Shown in pieces: positions 1 through 8,013 of a DNA stretch of 22,414 bases. How positions within the stretch are numbered: position 1 is the stretch's first letter; the number at the start of each line of letters is the position of its first letter. The DNA is from an uncultured archaeon (GTDB lineage: Archaea > Asgardarchaeota > Lokiarchaeia > Sigyniarchaeales > SOKP01). A model generated the notes under the pieces. That model was not told the origin of the DNA. It made no database searches and saw only the letters and a list, made by a program, of their open reading frames with translations. Made by a program: the position numbers and the translations under genes. The stretch is from NCBI GenBank assembly GCA_964447495.1, contig CAYUTF010000056.1:1-22414 (forward strand). The letters are read 5' to 3'.

Positions 1-531
1 ATGATTACTAATTCTGAAGCAATGCTACTCTTATCAACTCGAAATCCTTATACTCTTGGAGTATTTCATCAAATAATGTATGGTGGATTTGAAGTAGAAC
101 CAAATGGATTTCATTTATTGCGTTATTTAAACGAGCATGGTAAAAAATCTTGTTTTATTGCAAGAAAAAAAGATTTAGATCGATATAGCGGTGGAACACA
201 CTCTATTCCAAAAGATACAGATATGAGTACATGGGTAGAATCTGCTAAAACGATTAACAATTTTGAACTCTCTTGGATGCACTATTTAGATTTTGAAAAC
301 CTTCATAAACAACAACAAGCACTAAAGCAAAGAACTCCAGAAGATTTAATTGAAAAATTAATTCTGCGTACGGATAAATGGATATTAAGCAATTATAAGC
401 AATTGAGAAATAATTCTTTAATGATAATCCTTGGTGATCATGGCAGAGTTAAATTGGATTTGGAATATTCTGGTAAGATCGCTCAATGGCGTGAAGCTAG
501 CGTCCCTATTGCTATTTTAATGCGTAAATGA
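1..531 (+). CDS. Alkaline phosphatase/phosphodiesterase (PglZ-like/sulfatase-like) superfamily protein, C-terminal part, probably 5'-truncated by the window
   Basis: LMIILGDHG matches the hhhhxDHG metal-binding motif of the AP superfamily, followed by a terminal EASVPIAIL strand typical of the fold. ORF is open to base 1, so the true start is probably upstream. Confidence 0.5.
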   Translation: MITNSEAMLLLSTRNPYTLGVFHQIMYGGFEVEPNGFHLLRYLNEHGKKSCFIARKKDLDRYSGGTHSIPKDTDMSTWVESAKTINNFELSWMHYLDFENLHKQQQALKQRTPEDLIEKLILRTDKWILSNYKQLRNNSLMIILGDHGRVKLDLEYSGKIAQWREASVPIAILMRK

Positions 532-564
532 TCTCTAAATCATAGCCCAAAAAGCTATTTAACC

Positions 565-574
565 TATTTAAATA
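565..574 (+). promoter_or_regulatory. Putative archaeal TATA box of nikR
   Basis: TATTTAAATA contains TTTAAATA (archaeal TTTAWATA consensus), ending 27 nt before the ATG at 602, consistent with a short-leader or leaderless transcript. Confidence 0.5.
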
Positions 575-601
575 ATAAATTTAAGGCGATTAACACTAAA
601 A

Positions 602-1135
602 ATGGAAGAAGAATATAAGCGCTTTACAGTGTCTCTCCCTCCTGATTTGTATAAAAAATTAGAATCCTTCAGAAATAAGTTAGGGGTCTCAAGATCAGAT
701 TTTATCCGAAAAGCTATATATTCATATATGATAAGTGAAGAGAGTATTCCCTCTGATTCAGAAAATGTTGTAGGATGTATCTCTTTAATTATAGCCCATA
801 AACATTTTAAGCTTGAAGAAGATCATAAAATGGAACATAATCATATGCATGAAGTTAACCATGATGCTAATCATCACCATGATCATGATTTTGGCTCAAG
901 ACCTATGTACGCAAATGTACAACAAACAGACGAAATCTTAAAAAATGATATACAACACCATTTTGTTGACGTCATTATCTCTACGATGCATGTACATCTG
1001 GAATTTGAAAAGTGTTTGGAAATTATCGCCGTATCTGGTCCAAATGATAGAGTGAAGAAATTAAAAGAAGATCTTCAAAGTCTTAAAAGTGTCATTTCTA
1101 CAGGTTTTTTTATAATTGATAAAGAAACAGAATAA
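602..1135 (+). CDS. nikR: Nickel-responsive transcriptional regulator NikR (RHH + ACT-like metal-binding domain) with His-rich insertion
   Basis: N-terminal ribbon-helix-helix (RFTVSLPPDL...SRSDFIRKAI); C-terminal QHH...STMHVHL...KCLEIIAVSG carries the canonical NikR His/His/His/Cys ligands (H119, H130, H132, C138). Confidence 0.9.
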   Translation: MEEEYKRFTVSLPPDLYKKLESFRNKLGVSRSDFIRKAIYSYMISEESIPSDSENVVGCISLIIAHKHFKLEEDHKMEHNHMHEVNHDANHHHDHDFGSRPMYANVQQTDEILKNDIQHHFVDVIISTMHVHLEFEKCLEIIAVSGPNDRVKKLKEDLQSLKSVISTGFFIIDKETE

Positions 1136-1254
1136 AAAGGTAAAGTAGTCAAGTTAGGATAAAAAGAAGAAAATAGAATAAAAAATTCTAAATAAGGAGA
1201 AGTAGCTTAAAGGATAAGGCGATTTAGACGAATTTTTTATTCTTGATTATAAAT

Positions 1255-1305
1255 GTTGTGTGTGTTATTTCATTATTAATAGAATGAAAATTTAAGTCAC
1301 ACAAC
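1255..1305. repeat. Nested inverted repeat (possible hairpin) between the convergent nikR and histone genes
   Basis: GTTGTGTG (1255-1262) pairs with CACACAAC (1298-1305); inside, TTTCATT pairs with AATGAAA around ATTAATAG. Confidence 0.5.
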
Positions 1306-1364
1306 TGTACTAAATTTATAATTTATTGAATGAAATAAATTAAAAGAAGAGTAAATTAATTTAG

Positions 1365-1373
1365 AAAAAAAAA
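1365..1373 (-). terminator. Putative oligo-U archaeal terminator of the histone gene
   Basis: A9 on the + strand gives U9 in the histone transcript about 37 nt after its stop codon. Confidence 0.45.
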
Positions 1374-1409
1374 TTGGACTTAAACCATTGTAGTCAAGAA
1401 TAATGGATT

Positions 1410-1610
1410 TTACAAATCCTTTTCCTGAACGGTTTTCCTTCCATTTGCTTTAGCCCTTGCAATAGCTTTGTCAAGTACACCAATGATGGCATCATTTAAA
1501 GATTTACCATCAATTAGGTCTCCACTAGTATTGCATCCTTTTGACTTGATATACTCTCTTACTTTACTTTTTACAAATAGGGCTTCTGCAGTTGCTGCTT
1601 TTTTAGCCAT
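1410..1610 (-). CDS. Histone-fold protein with truncated alpha3 (face-to-face / bacterial-type histone-like)
   Basis: 66 aa, basic; LFVKSKVREYIK (alpha1), NTS loop, AIARAKANGRKTVQEKDL with the histone RKTxxxxD motif ending one residue after the Asp; strong SD upstream. Confidence 0.85.
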   Translation of the reverse strand: MAKKAATAEALFVKSKVREYIKSKGCNTSGDLIDGKSLNDAIIGVLDKAIARAKANGRKTVQEKDL

Positions 1611-1618
1611 TTTTTATT

Positions 1619-1623
1619 CCTCC
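1619..1623 (-). promoter_or_regulatory. Shine-Dalgarno site of the histone gene
   Basis: GGAGG on the minus strand, 8 nt upstream of the ATG at 1610. Confidence 0.7.
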
Positions 1624-1686
1624 ATTTATTGTGTTAAATATGTTTTAAAAATAAATTTGTGTTTAAAATATAATTCTTCACGCTTA

Positions 1687-1694
1687 TATTTAAA
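1687..1694 (-). promoter_or_regulatory. Putative TATA box of the histone gene
   Basis: TTTAAATA on the minus strand about 77 nt upstream of the start, compatible with a leadered mRNA carrying the SD. Confidence 0.4.
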
Positions 1695-1958
1695 GTTAGT
1701 TGAAAAATCATCATAGAAGGTTAATATTGTCGGTCTAATCACAAATTACATGACTCTTAAAAAAATGAATTTCTGGGCTTAATGCTTTCTATATTAAAAA
1801 CTCTGAGAATATACTCTGATATTTAATTATTTTTAAGACTTAAAACCTTTTTATTGTAGTTTAGTACGTCAAATACTTAATTTTGAAGTATAATTCTAAT
1901 TTGATGCAACTTAGTTTATTAAATCTATTTTTATAATAACTATTCTTCTGATTAATTA

Positions 1959-2954
1959 ATGCGAAAAAAAATATTATCTCGTGCTCCTGTTAGAATATGT
2001 GATATTGGAGGATGGACGGACACATGGTTTTATGGAAGTGGTGCGATATTTAATTTTTGTGTCGATCTTTACAGTTATGTTTTTCTTGTAGAAAACGGGC
2101 AAGAACAAATAAGAATTAAATCTGATAATTTAGGGATAAATACTACCATAAAAGATTATAATTCTATTGAATATAATGGAACATTAGACTTAATCAAGGC
2201 AGGAATTAAAAGATTAGATATAAAAAAGGGTTTAGATATTTATATTAAGACTGAGGCACCTCCGGGGAGTGGTACGGGTACAAGTGCAAGTGTTGCAGTT
2301 GCACTAATTAGTGCCTTATTAAAGATTTCCGAAATAGAATTAAATCATGAAGAAATAGCGAAATTAGCACACAAATTAGAGATCGAAGAACTTAAATTAG
2401 AAAGTGGAGTTCAAGATCAATTTGCTGCTGCATATGGGGGAATTAACTTTATGGAAATTGAATACCCTTTTGTAAATCTACAACAAATAAATATAGAAGA
2501 GAGTCGACGCTATGAATTGGAAAAGCAATTAATCTTAGTGTTTATAGAATCAAGAAGCTCAAATGATATGCATAAAGCGGTTATCGAAAATTATAAGAAA
2601 AGAGATTCCAATACAGTTGCATCCTTAGATATCATGAAATCTTGTGCTAAAGAAATGAGGAATGCAATCAATTCGAATTTAGAAGATATAGGTAAAATTA
2701 TGAATAAAAATTGGAAAGCTCAAAAGAGTCTTCATCCGCTTATGACAAATCCTCTAATACAAAAAGCAGAAAAGATTGCTTTAGAAAACCAAGCAATAGG
2801 CTTTAAGTGTAATGGTGCTGGTGGAGGAGGGTCAGTTACAATATTATCAAAAATAGAATATGAACACAAATTGAAAAACAAACTTATGGAGAATGGTTTT
2901 AGAATCCTACCTTGTAAATTAAGTTTTAAAGGAGTAAAAAGTTTTGAGTTATGA
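1959..2954 (+). CDS. GHMP-family sugar kinase (HddA heptose-7-phosphate kinase / L-fucokinase-like)
   Basis: RAPVRICDIGGWTD N-terminal motif, PPGSGTGTSAS ATP-binding loop, SGVQDQFAAAYGG, C-terminal GAGGGG. Confidence 0.85.
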   Translation: MRKKILSRAPVRICDIGGWTDTWFYGSGAIFNFCVDLYSYVFLVENGQEQIRIKSDNLGINTTIKDYNSIEYNGTLDLIKAGIKRLDIKKGLDIYIKTEAPPGSGTGTSASVAVALISALLKISEIELNHEEIAKLAHKLEIEELKLESGVQDQFAAAYGGINFMEIEYPFVNLQQINIEESRRYELEKQLILVFIESRSSNDMHKAVIENYKKRDSNTVASLDIMKSCAKEMRNAINSNLEDIGKIMNKNWKAQKSLHPLMTNPLIQKAEKIALENQAIGFKCNGAGGGGSVTILSKIEYEHKLKNKLMENGFRILPCKLSFKGVKSFEL

Positions 2955-3015
2955 AGAATCATTATTTCAATTTGAAAAGTAAGTGCTTTTTATACTTCCT
3001 TATTAAAAATTTATT

Positions 3016-3822
3016 ATGAGTACACCGGAAAATTCTTCGCATTTACTTAAAATAAAAAGGGGCTTCAATAAAATTAAAATTCATAACCTCTTCATTTTCA
3101 ACAGAGCTGGAATTTGTATTTATGGACTTAATTTTTCTCAAATTTACACCATCGAGCAAGAACAACTTATCTCTTCCTATTTTACAGCACTTATGTCTTT
3201 TACTAAAGAATTAATTGGAGATAAAATTAAAACTGTGGAAATGGGAGGCGGAATTAAACTGGTGGTTTTTGAAAAGAAAAACTTATTTTATTGTATATTA
3301 TGCGCATCAATAGAAAATATTGTTCTTCTGGAAGAAATTATCGCAAAAATTCATTTGATTTTTTTAACTTATATAAAAAAAAATGACATTAAAACAGATA
3401 TTGAATATGTTTATGATGAAAATCTTAACTTTTTGATTGAAGATATAATTCGAGACATATTAAGTAAAGATTTCGATTTAAATAAAGAAGAAGCTATCAT
3501 TGAATATTTACAAAAAGTACAAATGAATGATGAGATTCAAGGGTGTGTTCTTTTAACAGACAGAGGAAATATAATATATTCAACTTTAAGAGAGATAGAA
3601 CTCTCAAAGTTCTTAAAACAAGTTGATTTTCGGGTCAAGATATGTAATAATTCTATTTTGAAACTTTTTTATACCTCCCGAGAAAAGGAATTAATCTTAT
3701 CTGAATATGTAAATGATCTTTATTTCATCATCCTAATTTTCAACTCAAAAACCAGATTTGGGGTAGCTGAATTTTATTTGCAAAAAGTAGTTATGAAAAT
3801 GTGTAATATTTTAAATCAATGA
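3016..3822 (+). CDS. Longin-like domain fused to a roadblock/LC7-like domain (Asgard eukaryotic-signature-type protein)
   Basis: IHNLFIFNRAGICIY...LISSYFTALMSFTKE resembles the longin beta-beta-alpha start (AP sigma/TRAPP-like); C-terminal EYLQKVQMNDEIQGCVLLTDRGNIIYS resembles the roadblock/MglB helix-strand-strand start. Confidence 0.65.
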   Translation: MSTPENSSHLLKIKRGFNKIKIHNLFIFNRAGICIYGLNFSQIYTIEQEQLISSYFTALMSFTKELIGDKIKTVEMGGGIKLVVFEKKNLFYCILCASIENIVLLEEIIAKIHLIFLTYIKKNDIKTDIEYVYDENLNFLIEDIIRDILSKDFDLNKEEAIIEYLQKVQMNDEIQGCVLLTDRGNIIYSTLREIELSKFLKQVDFRVKICNNSILKLFYTSREKELILSEYVNDLYFIILIFNSKTRFGVAEFYLQKVVMKMCNILNQ

Positions 3823-3905
3823 AATTTTGGTTCGTTTTAAGAAAAGAGTAATTTTAATATAGTTTTAAGCCTTTTTCTTTTATAAAAAACGCGAGTCACC
3901 TAAAT

Positions 3906-4853
3906 ATGAATAAAAAGTTTGACATTGCACACGAGGATCTACAATTTGCCAAACTCAAATCAAAAGAACAATCTCAATTCTTTACATATCTTTATGAAAC
4001 AGGAACAGAAGATTTTGAAGCTATGGGATATTCTTTAGAATCTCTAATGAAGTTAGTAAGAACAAATAAGCTTCTTTTAGGTATTCCACTAAAAATCATG
4101 GCAAAACAAACCCAAATGTATACTGTTAAAAGAAATAATGAAATAATTGGAGGATTTTCATTATCCTATAACCTCAATAAACATGATTATTTCCTTGGTA
4201 ATTTTTTTACAAGACCAGATCTTCAAGGAAAGGGTATCGGAAATATGATGCTTAAAAAACTCCTGACTTTATATGAATCCAATCAAATAAGATTATTAGT
4301 AAATGAAAAAAACTCAAACGCTATTCATCTCTATAATAAATATGGTTTTCAACGAATTTCGTTGATTCAGCAATTCATATGTAATATTCCTTTGAAATCA
4401 AAACAATTTCCTGAGGGTTACCATGCGAGAAGAGCTGAGAAAAAAGATATTCAGAAAATAGGAGAAATTATAAAAAAAATTCCTGAAATGAAAGATCTTA
4501 AGAAAGATTTAAGAAAATCTATAGGTAAAGCGAAAAAGAAACTTTTAAGAGTAAAAAATCAATTTTCCGCAGTTCTTTGTAGGAATGATGAAATTCTTGG
4601 TGTGGGATTTGCGATTTGGACCAAAAATTCCCGAAATACTGCCCAATTATTTGTTAAAGCAGTACTCCCAGAAGCAAAAGAAGCATATTCAGGATTTGCA
4701 TCCTTTATTACAAAAGAAATTAGAAGCTATAATATTGAAAAGATTATCTATACACGAAATAATCAAACAGAACCATTTTTTAGTGAAATAGAACCTTATT
4801 TGGGCGAACCATCTAAAAAAGAGTTAGTAATGGTTAAACCTGCAATAAAATAG
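3906..4853 (+). CDS. GNAT-family N-acetyltransferase, probably two GNAT domains (second degenerate)
   Basis: FTRPDLQGKGIG acetyl-CoA motif A and NSNAIHLYNKYGF motif B; second half restarts with PEGYHARRAEKKD, typical of a GNAT repeat. Confidence 0.8.
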   Translation: MNKKFDIAHEDLQFAKLKSKEQSQFFTYLYETGTEDFEAMGYSLESLMKLVRTNKLLLGIPLKIMAKQTQMYTVKRNNEIIGGFSLSYNLNKHDYFLGNFFTRPDLQGKGIGNMMLKKLLTLYESNQIRLLVNEKNSNAIHLYNKYGFQRISLIQQFICNIPLKSKQFPEGYHARRAEKKDIQKIGEIIKKIPEMKDLKKDLRKSIGKAKKKLLRVKNQFSAVLCRNDEILGVGFAIWTKNSRNTAQLFVKAVLPEAKEAYSGFASFITKEIRSYNIEKIIYTRNNQTEPFFSEIEPYLGEPSKKELVMVKPAIK

Positions 4854-4941
4854 TCAAATATTATGAATTATAAAAACCAAATTAAAATTTGAAGTTATAT
4901 AATTAGATAGTAGTTAATAATTACTAAGAGAATTGTTTAAA

Positions 4942-5445
4942 ATGACTAAATCTGAAGAAAATTTACTCGCAGCTTTTGCAGGTGAATCACAAGCAAATCG
5001 AAAATATTTAGCATTTGCAAAAAAAGCGGAACAAGAAGGTTTTCCAGGTGTAGCCCATCTATTTCGAGCTGCTGCTGCTGCTGAAACTGTTCATGCTCAT
5101 AATCATTTGCGTACTTTAGGTGGCATAAAATCAACTATTGAAAATTTGAAGGAGGCAATTGGTGGTGAATTCTATGAGTTTACAGATATGTATCCCAAAT
5201 TTATAACTGATGCTGAAAAAGAGAGTAATAATGCCGCTAAAAGAACATTTAATTATGCTAATGAAGTTGAAAAAATTCATCATAAATTATATGAAAAGGC
5301 ATTAAAAGCAATAGAAAATGGAAAAGATCTTGAGCAAAAGGAAATGTATATATGCCCTGTTTGTGGTTATACTCATGAAAGAGTCCCCCCTGATAAATGT
5401 CCCGTATGTGGAGCTGCTAAAAAAGTTTTTGAAAAAATAGAATAA
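4942..5445 (+). CDS. rbr: Rubrerythrin
   Basis: AFAGESQANRKY, ETVHA, EKIH di-iron motifs plus a C-terminal rubredoxin domain CPVC...CPVC. ATG at 4942 preferred over TTG at 4933. Confidence 0.95.
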   Translation: MTKSEENLLAAFAGESQANRKYLAFAKKAEQEGFPGVAHLFRAAAAAETVHAHNHLRTLGGIKSTIENLKEAIGGEFYEFTDMYPKFITDAEKESNNAAKRTFNYANEVEKIHHKLYEKALKAIENGKDLEQKEMYICPVCGYTHERVPPDKCPVCGAAKKVFEKIE

Positions 5446-5462
5446 TTTTTTTTTATTTTTCT

Positions 5463-7046
5463 TTAAATTATCCATGGTTTATATCCATCTTGAATTTTAA
5501 GAAGATATTCATTTGATGAAAAGACCAGTTCTTTCTCAGCCCTGTTAAAATCGCTAAAATTGGCACCATATTGATAATATTTAATCAAGAGATTCGTTAT
5601 ACTTGAATCTCCCAAAGAAAAAAGAGTTTGCAATTTAGCATTTTTAATAATGGTCTTAGGATATTGGAATTTAAGTTTAACAGAGGGAATCTTTTTTAAT
5701 TCTTTCTCTAATTTCCGAAATTTAATATTAAATTTACCAATATTGTCATCTAAATAATTATGAACATATGTTTCATAAGGAGTATTGAATTTTGGAATAA
5801 AAGGATTGACATTCACTTTCAATGTGCCCTGTTCAAATCCTATCTCAGCTAATTGATAAATTAGGTTTATAATAGCATCTACGTCGCTATCAGATTCAGA
5901 AGGTAATCCCAGTAAAAAATAAAATTTAATGTTGCGGATTTTTGATTTACGTATATTATTGGCTACTTCCAAGATTTTTTCATTAGAAATTTTTTTTCCT
6001 ATCTCAAATCTTAAGGATTCTGAACCTGTCTCAGGGGCTATAGTAATTGTTTTCATGTTAAATGCTTCAAAGACAGCAATTAATTCTTGAGTTAAATGTT
6101 CTAACCTAATTGATGGAATGCTAAGCTTCTTCCCTTTCTTGATAATATATTCACATATTTCTTTAAATTTTGGATGAGAAGAAACACAAGAACCTATTAG
6201 ACTTATTTTTTCGAACTTCGATTGTTGTACGGCTTCATCAGTTAATTGAAGTATTTTGTCAAAGTTTCTATTTCTAAAAGGAGAATTATGAAAAGACGAT
6301 ATACAAAATTTACATTGAAAGGGACATCCCCTGTTTATTTCAACAAAAAAATTTCTCTCAAAAATAGTTTCATCTTTTTGTTCATTCGATATCGTTTGGA
6401 TTATAGGATTCGGAGATTCGTCTAGATTTTTTAAAATTTCTCTCTTTGGGTGGTTATTAAGTAAAGGGATGAAAATTCCATTCATCTCTTTAATTTTATT
6501 AAAAAAATTAATAACATTATATTCTTCTGATTTCCATTCTATTACTTTATCCAGAAATGGAATAAGGTTAGGTTCTGAATCGCCTATGAAAAATACATCA
6601 AAAATTTGGCTTAATGGTAATGGATTTGATGTAATCACAGGACCTCCACCGATTATCAAGGGATAATAAATATTATTATGCTCTTGCTGTTTTATTCTTT
6701 CTTTTTGTTTTAAAGGGATTTCGGCTTTTTCTAACATCCATAATATATTCTTAAAATCATTTTCATAATGAACTGAAAATCCTAAAACATCAAACTCTAT
6801 CGGCAAAATCTTATTCTCTATACTACGAATTTGATTTACTGAAGAAGTATCTCTATTCGCAGGATACTTTATTTTATCGGGAACACAAATTCTTTCACAC
6901 ACATATTCTTTCTTAGAATTTATCATATGATAAAGAAGTCGGATTGTATAAGAAGAATTCATTAACTTATAAGAATTAGGATAAATCAATCCAAATGTAA
7001 GATCAATAAATCTCCAATCTTTTACAATTAAACCATTATCAATCAT
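5463..7046 (-). CDS. Radical SAM protein with B12-binding-like N-terminal domain
   Basis: EINRGCPFQCKFC (CxxxCxxC), IIGGGP...NPLP...IGDSE N-terminal pattern, TITIAPETGSE, YFLLGLPSE, PFIPKFNTP. Confidence 0.88.
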   Translation of the reverse strand: MIDNGLIVKDWRFIDLTFGLIYPNSYKLMNSSYTIRLLYHMINSKKEYVCERICVPDKIKYPANRDTSSVNQIRSIENKILPIEFDVLGFSVHYENDFKNILWMLEKAEIPLKQKERIKQQEHNNIYYPLIIGGGPVITSNPLPLSQIFDVFFIGDSEPNLIPFLDKVIEWKSEEYNVINFFNKIKEMNGIFIPLLNNHPKREILKNLDESPNPIIQTISNEQKDETIFERNFFVEINRGCPFQCKFCISSFHNSPFRNRNFDKILQLTDEAVQQSKFEKISLIGSCVSSHPKFKEICEYIIKKGKKLSIPSIRLEHLTQELIAVFEAFNMKTITIAPETGSESLRFEIGKKISNEKILEVANNIRKSKIRNIKFYFLLGLPSESDSDVDAIINLIYQLAEIGFEQGTLKVNVNPFIPKFNTPYETYVHNYLDDNIGKFNIKFRKLEKELKKIPSVKLKFQYPKTIIKNAKLQTLFSLGDSSITNLLIKYYQYGANFSDFNRAEKELVFSSNEYLLKIQDGYKPWII

Positions 7047-7078
7047 ATAATACGATACTCTATAACCAACTGTGTATA

Positions 7079-7879
7079 CTAATTAATTGAGTCTTTTTCT
7101 GCTTTAAGTCTTTTGATCTCCTCGACGATTAAGGGTAATACCGTTCCAGTTTTATGATGAATGACGATTTCAGCTCTTTCATCTAAATAAGTTGGTTGAT
7201 CATTCACAATAATTAATTTACCGCCGTCTCTTAGCGTATATAAGGGCAGATTCGAAACAGGTGCAACTTCTAATGAAGAACCCGCTATCAGCATTACATC
7301 TGCTTTTTGAGATAAAGCTTGGGATTGGTAAATCTCGAATGTAGGAAGAGGTTCCCCAAAAAGGGTAACTGAGGGCTTTAAAGGTGCGGTACATACATCA
7401 CATAGTGGGGGATAATTCTTTTCTTTCTTTAATTTTCTTAGGACTTGCTCCTTGGTATATGAAGCCTTACAGCCTAAGCAGCTAAAGCGATTAATATTCC
7501 CGTGTACTTCATAAACAATAACTGCGCCTGCTTTCTGATGTAGTTCATCAATATTTTGAGTAATAATAGCTTTAATAATATCCATTTTTTCCAATTCTGC
7601 AATTGCAAAATGTCCAGGATTTGGTTTTGCTTTGAATAGGGTAGGAGCCACCTTTTCGGCTAATTCCCAGAATTTTGCGGGATTCTTTATGAAAGCTTGG
7701 ATATTTCCATAAATCTCCGGTTTATATTTTTTCCATATTCCGCTATCCCCTCTAAAATCGGGGATTCCGGACTCTGTAGAAATTCCTGCGCCAGTTAAAA
7801 CAATCGCATCTTTTGCATTAAATAGCATTTCCGCAGCATGATGGATTTTTTTCTTTTCCAATAATTTTAATACTTTCAT
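7079..7879 (-). CDS. cobB: NAD-dependent protein deacylase, Sir2/CobB family
   Basis: GAGISTESGIPDFRG, TQNIDELH, HGN catalytic His, zinc pairs CLGC and CDVC, GSSL. Confidence 0.95.
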   Translation of the reverse strand: MKVLKLLEKKKIHHAAEMLFNAKDAIVLTGAGISTESGIPDFRGDSGIWKKYKPEIYGNIQAFIKNPAKFWELAEKVAPTLFKAKPNPGHFAIAELEKMDIIKAIITQNIDELHQKAGAVIVYEVHGNINRFSCLGCKASYTKEQVLRKLKKEKNYPPLCDVCTAPLKPSVTLFGEPLPTFEIYQSQALSQKADVMLIAGSSLEVAPVSNLPLYTLRDGGKLIIVNDQPTYLDERAEIVIHHKTGTVLPLIVEEIKRLKAEKDSIN

Positions 7880-8003
7880 GTATCTCCAGCTTTTATGCGA
7901 GTAAATGATAAATTATTCCTTTTGCAAAAAGTGATATTCATTATATAAAACATTTGTCTTTATTCTTTAAAAATCTCTTTAGTTTTTACTTGCTATTGAC
8001 AAA

Positions 8004-8013
8004 TATTTAAATA
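8004..8013. promoter_or_regulatory. Palindromic TATA-like element in the divergent sir2 / longin-gene region
   Basis: TATTTAAATA reads TTTAAATA on both strands; identical to the element upstream of nikR. Confidence 0.35.

Noticed and set aside
1319-1342. Inverted repeat TAATTTATT / AATAAATTA
   Set aside because: A/T only; expected by chance in this base composition.
1145-1398. 9-bp direct repeat GTAGTCAAG (1145-1153, 1390-1398) as a target-site duplication of a MITE
   Set aside because: No terminal inverted repeats inside the copies and no transposase in the window; chance is plausible.
1468-1716. 82-aa ORF on the + strand
   Set aside because: Antisense shadow of the histone gene and its promoter; no protein motif.
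529-3822. TGA stops (531, 2954, 3822) as possible selenocysteine codons, since Lokiarchaeia use Sec with SECIS elements
   Set aside because: Each protein looks complete at the TGA, read-through gives no recognisable sequence, none is a known selenoprotein family, and the 1255-1305 hairpin lacks a clear SECIS AUGA/GA core.
5067-5083. GCT trinucleotide run
   Set aside because: Simply encodes the Ala run (RAAAAAE) in the rubrerythrin helix.
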